This document shows, one piece after another, positions 7,634 to 15,956 of a stretch of 36,371 nucleotides of DNA. The notes under the pieces are model-generated. The model saw only the letters and a program-made list of their open reading frames with translations. It was not told where the DNA came from and made no database searches. The first letter of the stretch is position 1; each line of letters opens with the position of its first letter. The translations under genes and the position numbers were made by a program. The stretch is taken from NCBI GenBank assembly GCA_002309375.1, contig DBXK01000016.1:622-36992 (forward strand), read 5' to 3'. This DNA is from Christensenella sp. UBA1214 (lineage in GTDB: Bacteria; Bacillota; Clostridia; Christensenellales; CAG-138).

Positions 7634-8767
7634 TCAATAAACCTGGCGCGGTTTTGTATTGTCCTTTTTTTGCTGAACATTCGGGTTCGGCTGTTTCGAT
7701 TTCAGCGGGTCGTTCTTTTGCTGATTGTAGTTGTGACGGCCCTGCTGCGGCCTTCCGCTGAATCGCCTTCCGCGGAAAGCGGGGCTTGAAGGCTTATCCT
7801 TTGGCTGCGAAGTAGAGTCTTTAACTTCGGCGGATGGATCGGCTTCAGCCTTGGTATCGGAGGATTGAGGCTGTTTTTCTTCGGCTTCAGCTGGATCCAT
7901 CTGCTTTTCCTGCTGCTCCGGCGTTTCAGTCGGCGCATCGGCTGCTGCGGGGGCAGGGGAAGCCGGAACGAGTTCGCGGAAAGGATAGCTGCGAACGTCG
8001 AGAGTGCCGTCGGCAAGCGTTACCTTGAGCTTGGTCATTTCCGTGATGATATTGTTTTCGAGCACAACTCCGATACCGTCCGGCGTTTCGAATTCCTTGC
8101 CGATCTTCGGCATCTGCTTCTGCATCGATTCATAGCTTTCATACTCATACCTGAGGCAGCACATCAGTTTACCGCAGATACCGGAGATCTTGACGGGATT
8201 GAGCGAAAGGTTCTGCGATTTCGCCATTTTGATCGAAACGGGCGAGAAATCGTTGAGAAAGGTATTGCAGCAGATCGGCCTTCCGCAGAACCCGAGGCCG
8301 CCGCACTTCTTCGCTTCATCGCGGTCACCGATCTGGCGCAGATCGATCCTCGTTTTGAAGATCGAGGTCAGATCCTTCAAAAGCTCACGGAAGTCGACTC
8401 TGTTGTCGGCAGTGAAATAGAAAGTGAGCTTGGAACCGTTGTATGCATACTCAACATCGACAAGCTTCATTGCAAGGTTATGCTCTTCGATCTTTTCACG
8501 GCAGATATCGGCAGCTTCGCCTTCCTTGGAATGATAGTATTCCTGCTGTTCGAGATCTTCCTTCTGAGCAAGGCGAATGACGGGCTTCAGCGGTGCAACA
8601 AGCTTTTCTTCGGGCGTGTCCTCGATTTCCGCTATTGCGTCGCCGAGCATGTTTCCGCGTGCCGTTTCGACGATCACGCTGTCGCCCTTATGGATCTCAA
8701 AATCCAGCGCGTCGAAAAAATAGACGCGGCCGCTGTTTCTGAATTTGACTTTAACAACTCTGAACAT
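7634..8767 (-). CDS. ricT: PSP1-domain protein RicT/YaaT with a low-complexity C-terminal tail
   Basis: FYFTADNRVDFRELLKDL, RIDLRQIG.RDEAK, CGRPICC, SIKMAKSQNLSLNP.KISGICGKLMCCL; directly downstream of holB. Confidence 0.92.
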   Translation of the reverse strand: MFRVVKVKFRNSGRVYFFDALDFEIHKGDSVIVETARGNMLGDAIAEIEDTPEEKLVAPLKPVIRLAQKEDLEQQEYYHSKEGEAADICREKIEEHNLAMKLVDVEYAYNGSKLTFYFTADNRVDFRELLKDLTSIFKTRIDLRQIGDRDEAKKCGGLGFCGRPICCNTFLNDFSPVSIKMAKSQNLSLNPVKISGICGKLMCCLRYEYESYESMQKQMPKIGKEFETPDGIGVVLENNIITEMTKLKVTLADGTLDVRSYPFRELVPASPAPAAADAPTETPEQQEKQMDPAEAEEKQPQSSDTKAEADPSAEVKDSTSQPKDKPSSPAFRGRRFSGRPQQGRHNYNQQKNDPLKSKQPNPNVQQKKDNTKPRQVY

Positions 8768-8828
8768 TTGATAACTCTGCCCTAATGGCAGCCTTTCATT
8801 AACTTGGGTAAACTCGGGAGCGTCAGCT

Positions 8829-9737
8829 TCAGGCGATCCCGTTCAATTCAACAATCATCCGATCGAGGATCGGTGTTACGCCTGCATTTGAATTCAGCCT
8901 CTCGCAAGCATCGGTCAGCACATTTATAATACTCCGAATCGAAGAAAAAGTAAAGCTTTCGGAGAGCTCGGAAATGCGTGTCTCGAAATCCGGAGCGGTA
9001 AGGCTTCCGTTCAACGAAACGCCGGCTTTGATGCAAAGCATATCATGGCAGGCATTCAGCATGAATTCGATCGAAGCCGCTGCCGACACTCGGTCTTTAT
9101 TCAGGTCCTTTGAATAAGCAAAGGGCAGATTGCCGGCAAGCGCCGACAAAAACGATTTAACGGAGGTCTCACGGAGCTTTCGAAAGCTTTCATCGGAAAG
9201 CAGCTTCAGCGCGGTCCGGCTGTCTCCGTTGGCCATTGCGGCGTATCTTTCAGCATCCGCCGAAGCCGCGCCGGAAGCTTTGAGCGCGCTGACGGCGTCG
9301 GCCATCGAACCGGAGCCGAGACGGATCGTCATGCAGCGCGAACGGATCGTCGGAATGATCCTCTGTTCGATTCCGGAAAGGAAAAAAAACGTGCCTTCCG
9401 GCGGTTCCTCGAGCATTTTCAGCATCGCATTGATCGAAAAATCGTTGAGAAGATGCGCATTTTTGATCAAAACAACGCGGTTCACGCTGCTGAAGGTCGT
9501 TTTATTGACCTCGCGGCGGATCTCGCGGATATCATCGATGCGGACAGTTCCGTCGAGAAGAAAGAAATCCGGTGAAAGCGAAAGCGCTTCGGTTCTTTCA
9601 TCGCCGAAAAGCAGGAGCGCAGCGCATTCGAGCATCAGCTCTTCCGCGGCTTTGGGATCGGTGCCGCAGATCAGATAACCGTGCATCGCCCGGCCTTCGC
9701 GGATCGATCTTTTCAGTTTTTCGGCGACAGCAGTCAT
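8829..9737 (-). CDS. holB: DNA polymerase III delta-prime subunit
   Basis: VRIDDIREI, NAMLKMLEEPP, IIPTIRSRC (SRC motif); upstream of ricT. Confidence 0.85.
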   Translation of the reverse strand: MTAVAEKLKRSIREGRAMHGYLICGTDPKAAEELMLECAALLLFGDERTEALSLSPDFFLLDGTVRIDDIREIRREVNKTTFSSVNRVVLIKNAHLLNDFSINAMLKMLEEPPEGTFFFLSGIEQRIIPTIRSRCMTIRLGSGSMADAVSALKASGAASADAERYAAMANGDSRTALKLLSDESFRKLRETSVKSFLSALAGNLPFAYSKDLNKDRVSAAASIEFMLNACHDMLCIKAGVSLNGSLTAPDFETRISELSESFTFSSIRSIINVLTDACERLNSNAGVTPILDRMIVELNGIA

Positions 9738-9749
9738 AAATCGAAGCGA

Positions 9750-10325
9750 TTATTCCTCTTTCGATTCTTCGGTATTCATGATCCTGTCAAGATAACCGAG
9801 AAACTCATTGCTCGGATCAAAATAGAGCCTGTTGAGCTTGCCGTCCTTGCGGTAATACATGCAGTGAGCTTTAGCGTTCTTTCGGCAGGCAATATTGTTC
9901 GTCGCACCGTCAACAGAGGCGTTCGAGGGTTCTTCTCCCGGCTTGAGTATCTTTTCGATCTCGCTTTTATCGACAGTCAGAAGAATAACGCCCTTCGCGC
10001 TCACAATACGTTCAAAAACGACCGTTCCGACGGGGTAAGGATAATCCTCGTGGATCATCATATCGTCGAATCTGGGGTCGTATACGGGCTTTGGCTCTTC
10101 AAAGAAAACCGTGTAGCGGTAACCTATGAGGCGGTAGCGGTATACGAGATAAACGCAAACGAGCACAAGCGCTATGAAAACATAACGCGGGATCGTTGAA
10201 TGGATGCTGCTTTCGAGCAGCAGCACGACCGCGCCGATGCCGAAGAACGCAGCGACGAGGATCAAAAAGAGGAACAGATCGAATTTGGACGATCCGTGGG
10301 AACGGTCAACACTTTCCTGGAACAT
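9750..10325 (-). CDS. Hypothetical membrane protein with two N-terminal TM segments (possibly DUF6106-like)
   Basis: Two hydrophobic helices followed by YRYT; C-terminal LYFDPSNEFL; SD GGAG; co-oriented between glnS and holB. Confidence 0.6.
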   Translation of the reverse strand: MFQESVDRSHGSSKFDLFLFLILVAAFFGIGAVVLLLESSIHSTIPRYVFIALVLVCVYLVYRYRLIGYRYTVFFEEPKPVYDPRFDDMMIHEDYPYPVGTVVFERIVSAKGVILLTVDKSEIEKILKPGEEPSNASVDGATNNIACRKNAKAHCMYYRKDGKLNRLYFDPSNEFLGYLDRIMNTEESKEE

Positions 10326-10349
10326 AAAGATCTCCGTAAGCTGAAAGAA

Positions 10350-12005
10350 TCAGTTGTTGGGCTTATAGCTGTCCTTCAAGCCGACAGTGCGGTTGAAGAC
10401 CATCTTCCCGGGCTTTGAATCCGGATCGGTGCAGAAATAACCGATGCGCATGAACTGATACCTGCTGCCCGCTTCGCTTTCGGCGATATAAGGCTCGGTG
10501 AAACCGTGCATGATCTTCACGGAATCCGGATTGAGCTTATCGATAAAGTCATCCGCGGATACGTTCTCTTCGGTCATCAGCTGCTCATAGAGCCTGAATT
10601 CCGCGGGAACGGCATCCTTGACTGGTACCCAATGGATGGTGCCCTTGACCTTGCGCTCGCACTCGCCGCTGAAGGTATCGGGATCATAGGTGCAGTGGAT
10701 GAGCTTCACATTGCCTTCTTCATCGAGCTCATAACCGACGCACTTAATGATGTACGCGCCCTTCAAACGAACTTCGCCATCTGGCTTGAGGCGGAAGTAT
10801 TTCTTCGGCGGATCGATCATGAAGTCATCGCGCTCGATATAGATCTCGCGCCCGAAACGCACTGTATGCGTAAGTCCGAATTTCGGGTCGCCCTCTTCGG
10901 CGATCGGAAGATTCTCGATCTTTACTTCGACGGTCTCATCCTCGGGGAAGTTGTCGATGACGACCTTTACGGGATCGAGAACGGCCATGACTCGGTCGCA
11001 GTGGGCATTCAGATCTTCGCGGACGCAGTGCTCGAGCATCGCGGAATCGACGGTGGAATCCGCTTTGGCGACGCCTGCGCGGTTCAGGAAATCTTTGATC
11101 GCTTCCGGGGTGAAACCGCGGCGGCGCATACCGCAGAGAGTGGGCATGCGCGGATCGTCCCAGCCGTTTACATAGCCGCCTTCAACGAGCGCGCGCAGGA
11201 AGCGTTTGCTCATGATGGTGTTGGTGATATTCAGCCTTGCGAACTCGATCTGGCGGGGCTTATGCTCGAAGCCGCAGTTGTCGATGACCCAGTTATACAG
11301 CGGTCTGTGCGCCTCGTATTCGAGCGAGCAGAGGGAGTGGGTAACGCCCTCGATCGCGTCCTGGATCGGGTGAGCGAAATCGTACATCGGATAGATGCAC
11401 CATTTGTCGCCCTGATGATGATGGCTCCTGTGAAGGATCCTGTAAAGCGCGGGGTCGCGCATATTGATGTTCGGAGAAGCCATGTCGATCTTCGCGCGGA
11501 GGGTGCGGCTTCCGTCGGGGAATTCGCCGTTCTTCATCCGCTCGAAAAGATCGAGGTTCTCTTCAACGCTGCGGTTGCGATAAGGACTGTTGACGCCGGG
11601 CTCGGTCAGAGTGCCGCGGTATTCGCGGATCTGGTCCTTATCGAGGTCGCAAACATACGCCTTGCCTTCCTTGATGAGCTTAACGGCAAGCTCATAGCAC
11701 TGATCGAAATAGTCGCTGCCGAAGCAGAGCTTATCCCAGTTGAAGCCGAGCCAGCGGATATCGTTTTCGATAGCATCAACGAATTCAACGTCTTCCTTCG
11801 TCGGATTCGTATCGTCGAAGCGAAGGTTGCAGGTGCCGCCGAAACGCTCCGCAGTCGAAAAATCGATGTATAAGGCTTTGGCGTGGCCGATATGGAGATA
11901 ACCGTTGGGCTCGGGCGGGAAACGCGTTTTAACGGTCGGATTCACTTTCCGGTCCTCAACGATAAATTCTTCGATAAAATTGCGAGGTTCAAACTCATTG
12001 CACAT
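10350..12005 (-). CDS. glnS: Glutamine--tRNA ligase
   Basis: [48 protein letters not shown]. Start reassigned to ATG 12005 because of SD AGGAGG at 12020-12015. Confidence 0.96.
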   Translation of the reverse strand: MCNEFEPRNFIEEFIVEDRKVNPTVKTRFPPEPNGYLHIGHAKALYIDFSTAERFGGTCNLRFDDTNPTKEDVEFVDAIENDIRWLGFNWDKLCFGSDYFDQCYELAVKLIKEGKAYVCDLDKDQIREYRGTLTEPGVNSPYRNRSVEENLDLFERMKNGEFPDGSRTLRAKIDMASPNINMRDPALYRILHRSHHHQGDKWCIYPMYDFAHPIQDAIEGVTHSLCSLEYEAHRPLYNWVIDNCGFEHKPRQIEFARLNITNTIMSKRFLRALVEGGYVNGWDDPRMPTLCGMRRRGFTPEAIKDFLNRAGVAKADSTVDSAMLEHCVREDLNAHCDRVMAVLDPVKVVIDNFPEDETVEVKIENLPIAEEGDPKFGLTHTVRFGREIYIERDDFMIDPPKKYFRLKPDGEVRLKGAYIIKCVGYELDEEGNVKLIHCTYDPDTFSGECERKVKGTIHWVPVKDAVPAEFRLYEQLMTEENVSADDFIDKLNPDSVKIMHGFTEPYIAESEAGSRYQFMRIGYFCTDPDSKPGKMVFNRTVGLKDSYKPNN

Positions 12006-12044
12006 GGTCGGAACCCTCCTTTCCAAAACATATAACCAACTTAT

Positions 12045-12073
12045 ATTATCCCAAAAAACAATGGACTTGTCAA
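12045..12073 (-). promoter_or_regulatory. Sigma-A promoter of glnS
   Basis: Minus strand TTGACA, 17 bp spacer, GATAAT with extended TG. Confidence 0.7.
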
Positions 12074-12076
12074 GTT

Positions 12077-12111
12077 AAAAATAACCGCCGGGAATGTTTG
12101 TTCCCGGCGGT
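12077..12111 (-). terminator. Intrinsic terminator after pfk
   Basis: Minus strand ACCGCCGGGAA-caaaca-TTCCCGGCGGT followed by TATTTTT. Confidence 0.85.
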
Positions 12112-12130
12112 ATCGGCTGATTCGGAGAGA

Positions 12131-13192
12131 TTATTTGAAATAGAGCGATGCGGCGTCGTAGAATTCCTTGTCGACTTCCTTGCGGACGGTAACAGCGGTA
12201 TCGAGATCCGCTGCAACGATCCTGTTACCGCTCTGCCCGACCATATTGCCGTAATCGCGGTTGACGACGAGCTCGCCGGCCTTGATGCCTAGACGGGTGC
12301 CGAGAACACGGTCGAAGGCGCAGGGTGCGCCGCCGCGCTGAACATGGCCGAGAACGACGGGACGGCACTCGAAATACTGAGCGTCGGAACCGAGCAGAGG
12401 ATCGTTCTTCATCGTGTTCTCGATCATATCGGAAAGGTTCTTCGCAAGGTTCTTGTGGATAAGAAGCTTATTGCCGAACGCATCGGTGCCGAGGTCGATC
12501 TCCTCGCCGCCGAGAAGCTCGAAGCCCTCTGCAACGACGATGATCGTGTAATGCTCGCCGCGCAGGTACCTGCGGCGAACGAGGGAGATGATCTCCTCAT
12601 AAGTCTTCGGGAATTCGGGGATCAGCACGAGGTGCGCATTTGCGGCAAGACCTGCCTGGAGCGCGATCCAACCGGTGTTGCGGCCCATGCACTCAACGAC
12701 GATGCAGCGGGAATGGGCTTTCGCGGTCGTCTGAAGGCGGTCGATCGCCTCCATTGCGATATTCGAAGCGGTCTCGAAACCGAAGGTGTAGTCGGTGCAG
12801 CTGAGGTCGTTGTCGATCGTCTTCGGAACGCCGATGACGTTGATGCCGAGCTTGCGGAGCTTGTTCGCAACTCCGAGCGTGTCGTCGCCTCCGATAGCAA
12901 CAACGCCTTCAAGGTCGAGCGCCTTGAGCACTTCGATGATCTTATTCGGGCCGTCGGTATCGGCAAGCACGTTCGTGCGGGAGCTGCCGATGATCGTGCC
13001 GCCCATGGTCTGGATGCCCTCGACTTCGGAAAGGGTGAGCCAGTGGCCCTTGGCGTTCAGCGCGCCGCGCCAGCCGTTATGGAAGCCGAAAACCTCGATG
13101 CCTGCTTCGGCACATTTTTCAACAACGCCCCTGATAACAGCGTTCAGACCGGGGCAGTCGCCGCCGCCGGTGAGGATACCGATTTTTCTCAT
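12131..13192 (-). CDS. pfkA: Phosphofructokinase A family, with the PPi-dependent signature
   Basis: ILTGGGDCPGLN, GGDDT, PKTIDND, MGR, LGHVQRGG. Start reassigned to ATG 13192 (SD AAGGAG). Confidence 0.9.
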   Translation of the reverse strand: MRKIGILTGGGDCPGLNAVIRGVVEKCAEAGIEVFGFHNGWRGALNAKGHWLTLSEVEGIQTMGGTIIGSSRTNVLADTDGPNKIIEVLKALDLEGVVAIGGDDTLGVANKLRKLGINVIGVPKTIDNDLSCTDYTFGFETASNIAMEAIDRLQTTAKAHSRCIVVECMGRNTGWIALQAGLAANAHLVLIPEFPKTYEEIISLVRRRYLRGEHYTIIVVAEGFELLGGEEIDLGTDAFGNKLLIHKNLAKNLSDMIENTMKNDPLLGSDAQYFECRPVVLGHVQRGGAPCAFDRVLGTRLGIKAGELVVNRDYGNMVGQSGNRIVAADLDTAVTVRKEVDKEFYDAASLYFK

Positions 13193-13256
13193 TGATTCAT
13201 TCTCCTTATTTGAATGTTTGGTTTTCTTCTTTTTATTCGTCATTTGACAACAGCCG

Positions 13257-13940
13257 TCAATCTTCGATCAGGCCGCGCTTTTTAAGAACGGCAAGTACTT
13301 TTTCGCCGATAACTTCCGGGGGAAGCATCGCGCCGCCCTCGGTGCAGACGATGATCTCAACGTCGTCATAGCGTTCAGCGACTTCGGCATATTTCTCCCT
13401 TGCGCGCTGCTGGATCGATTTGCTCGCTTCGTAAACGTCGCGCCCGCCGCCGATATAATCGCGGAAACCTTTTTTATCAACGTTCTTTCCGGCGCGTTCC
13501 GTCTCAACATCAAAGAAAAGGTTGAGATCCGGGCGGGGGAGACCGAGCTTATTGTATTCGAGATCGAACACCCAATCCACGATGTCGGGTTTGCCGATAT
13601 CGCAGTCGCGGATGCTCTGATAAACTGCGTTCGAGAGAACGTAACGGTTGATCAGCATGAAATCCGCTTCACCGTCGACATAATCACGAAGATCGTCGAA
13701 GCGATCCATCGCGAACCAGAGCGCCATGCTCTTTTGGTCGACGTCGGTTGCACGTATGCCGTCCGCTGCCGAAAGAAAGCGGCCGACCTGGGAACCGAAA
13801 TATGAATCGTAAACGGGATAGGAACGCTTTGAAACGCTGAAGCCGCGCTTTTCAAGCGCTTCCGAAAGCAGGTTGTACTGAACGGTCTTGCCGCTGCCGT
13901 CAATGCCTTCGATTGTTATGATCTTAGTTTTCACTTTCAA
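13257..13940 (-). CDS. tmk: Thymidylate kinase family protein
   Basis: IEGIDGSGKT P-loop, FAMDR, NRYVLSN (DR-motif position), LPRPD; TTG start with SD GAAAGG. Confidence 0.85.
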   Translation of the reverse strand: MKVKTKIITIEGIDGSGKTVQYNLLSEALEKRGFSVSKRSYPVYDSYFGSQVGRFLSAADGIRATDVDQKSMALWFAMDRFDDLRDYVDGEADFMLINRYVLSNAVYQSIRDCDIGKPDIVDWVFDLEYNKLGLPRPDLNLFFDVETERAGKNVDKKGFRDYIGGGRDVYEASKSIQQRAREKYAEVAERYDDVEIIVCTEGGAMLPPEVIGEKVLAVLKKRGLIED

Positions 13941-13968
13941 GAAACCTTTCGGATCGTTCTAAAGGCGC

Positions 13969-13997
13969 ATTATAATGCAGATCGCTTCAGAAATCAA
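13969..13997 (-). promoter_or_regulatory. Sigma-A promoter of tmk, overlapping the hflX 3' end
   Basis: Minus strand TTGATT, 17 bp spacer, TATAAT. Confidence 0.6.
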
Positions 13998-15765
13998 GGA
14001 TTTTTTTCAACTGGCCGATATCTTCGCGGTCAAGCCTTGCGCGGATAAACGTTCCGTCTTCGCGGTGCTCCTCCGAAAGCAGCATCCCGCGCTCGCGGAT
14101 CAGTGAGATCGCTTCGTATTTTGCATACGGAACAAGAAGCTCGATCAGCGTCCGTGATGAATTGAGCTTTGCTTCGATCAGATCGAGCAGCTTTTCTACG
14201 CCGTCGCCGTTCCTTGCGCTGATCGAGAGCTGATCTTCCGTATCGGAAGGCATGCTGCCGGCGACTTTGTCGATTTTATTGAATACGCGGACCGTCGGGA
14301 TATCGGAAGCCTTGAGCTCGGAAAGCACGTCGTCGACAACGGCGATCTGCCGGTCATGATATGGGCTTGAATAATCGATCACATGAAGGATGAGATCGGC
14401 GTTCGAAACTTCCTCGAGAGTTGAATGGAATGCCTGCACAAGATCGTGCGGGAGCTTGTTGATGAAACCGACGGTATCGGAGATCAGCGCCTCCGTGCCG
14501 CCGTTCAAAGTGACCTGCCGGACGACAGGGTCGAGCGTTGCAAAGAGCATATCTTCGGCAAGCACGTTGCTTTCGGTCAACCTGTTCAAAAGGGTCGATT
14601 TGCCTGCATTCGTGTAGCCGACGAGCGCAACGAGCGGGATCCTGTTCGCTTTGCGGCTGCTGCGGCGGAGACCGCGCTGCTTTTCGATCTCCGAAAGCTC
14701 GGTTTCGAGCTCGTAGATCCTGCGCCTGATGCGCCGGCGGTCGATCTCGAGCTTCTTTTCGCCGGGACCGCGTGTGCCGATGCCGCCGCCGAGCCGCGAA
14801 AGCACCTGGCCCTGGCCGAGCAGACGGGGGAGACGGTAACGCATCTGCGCAAGCTCGACCTGGAGCTTGCCCTCGCGGCTCGTCGCCCTTGCGGCGAAGA
14901 TATCGAGGATCAGCGTGGTGCGGTCGATCACACGCGCACCGAGCACTTCTTCGAGATTTTTAAGCTGGATCGCGGAGAGTTCGTCATCGAAGATGAAAAG
15001 ATCCGCTTCAAGCTCGCTCCCCTTGAGACTGAGCTCTTCGGCCTTGCCGCTTCCGACATAAGTCACGTTGTCGATCGGCCTTTTACGGACGGAGACCTTT
15101 GCAACGACATTGGCGCCCGCGGTTTTTGCGAGCTCCGCAAGCTCTTCGAGGGTATCATAGCCTTCGTCGTTCTCCATGCCGACAAGGATCGCGCGCTCGG
15201 CTTCCGCCTCCTCAACGACTTTTGTAACGCTGCGGAAACGGTCGTCGGAATAGAAAATTTCGGCAATAAGCGCTTTTTGAGGGAGCTTATACGGACGAAG
15301 AGGGCCGTAGATCAGCGCATCTCGGCTGCCGGTTTCCTCGTTGAAATCGCCGAGATAAGCGGCGTACATCTGCGTCGGTTTGCCGTCCATGACACCGACG
15401 GCGGCCATTGAATCGAGCTTGCTCGAACGGAGCGTTCCGAGATCGACGCCGGAAAGCCGGCCGTCGCCGTTCGGATGAGTGTGGATGCAGCGAACGCCGC
15501 AGAGCCTGTCTTCATTCCGCACAAGGCGCATATCGGGCATGCTGACCTTTGAATTATCGCCGACGGAAACATCGACGATCGAACCGTCGCGCGCGACATA
15601 AACGGATATCTCGCGGCCGATCTCGCCCGTGCATTCCGCAAGAAGCGAGATGAGCTCATAGGAAGCGTATTCATACTGCGCCATGCGGATATCGTACAGC
15701 GATGAGATTTTATCGATTACGGTTTTCTTGATCCCGTTCAGGCTGCCGTTCAGTTTCTTTGGCAT
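13987..15765 (-). CDS. hflX: GTPase HflX, long form with ~180-aa N-terminal extension
   Basis: EGKLQVELAQ, GGGIGTRGPGEKKLE, GYTNAGKS, LFATLD, DTVG, NKID. Start reassigned to ATG 15765 (SD GGAG). Confidence 0.95.
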   Translation of the reverse strand: MPKKLNGSLNGIKKTVIDKISSLYDIRMAQYEYASYELISLLAECTGEIGREISVYVARDGSIVDVSVGDNSKVSMPDMRLVRNEDRLCGVRCIHTHPNGDGRLSGVDLGTLRSSKLDSMAAVGVMDGKPTQMYAAYLGDFNEETGSRDALIYGPLRPYKLPQKALIAEIFYSDDRFRSVTKVVEEAEAERAILVGMENDEGYDTLEELAELAKTAGANVVAKVSVRKRPIDNVTYVGSGKAEELSLKGSELEADLFIFDDELSAIQLKNLEEVLGARVIDRTTLILDIFAARATSREGKLQVELAQMRYRLPRLLGQGQVLSRLGGGIGTRGPGEKKLEIDRRRIRRRIYELETELSEIEKQRGLRRSSRKANRIPLVALVGYTNAGKSTLLNRLTESNVLAEDMLFATLDPVVRQVTLNGGTEALISDTVGFINKLPHDLVQAFHSTLEEVSNADLILHVIDYSSPYHDRQIAVVDDVLSELKASDIPTVRVFNKIDKVAGSMPSDTEDQLSISARNGDGVEKLLDLIEAKLNSSRTLIELLVPYAKYEAISLIRERGMLLSEEHREDGTFIRARLDREDIGQLKKILDF

Positions 15766-15817
15766 TCGTTTTCTCCAGAAAGATCGATTTCGGTTATTAT
15801 GCCGAAGGCACCCGATA

Positions 15818-15846
15818 ATTATAAACGAAAAACGAACAAAATTCAA
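15818..15846 (-). promoter_or_regulatory. Sigma-A promoter of hflX
   Basis: Minus strand TTGAAT, 17 bp spacer, TATAAT. Confidence 0.75.
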
Positions 15847-15873
15847 TATAATTGAAGCTTCTGCTAAATCCGA

Positions 15874-15902
15874 TTGAAAAAAGAAGAACGGTAGGGTATA
15901 AT
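15874..15902 (+). promoter_or_regulatory. Sigma-A promoter of the DUF885 gene (divergent from hflX)
   Basis: TTGAAA, 17 bp spacer, TATAAT. Confidence 0.75.
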
Positions 15903-15956
15903 AAAAAAGAGCTATCCAAAGTCGGAAAGCATCGAAATAAGATTCGGAGCAAAAAA

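Noticed and set aside
12006-12075. T-box leader for glnS
   Set aside because: The predicted leader is only about 30-35 nt and has no T-box motif.
13967-13978. Palindrome GCATTATAATGC upstream of tmk as an operator
   Set aside because: Short and largely produced by the self-complementary ATTATAAT -10 element; no second copy seen.
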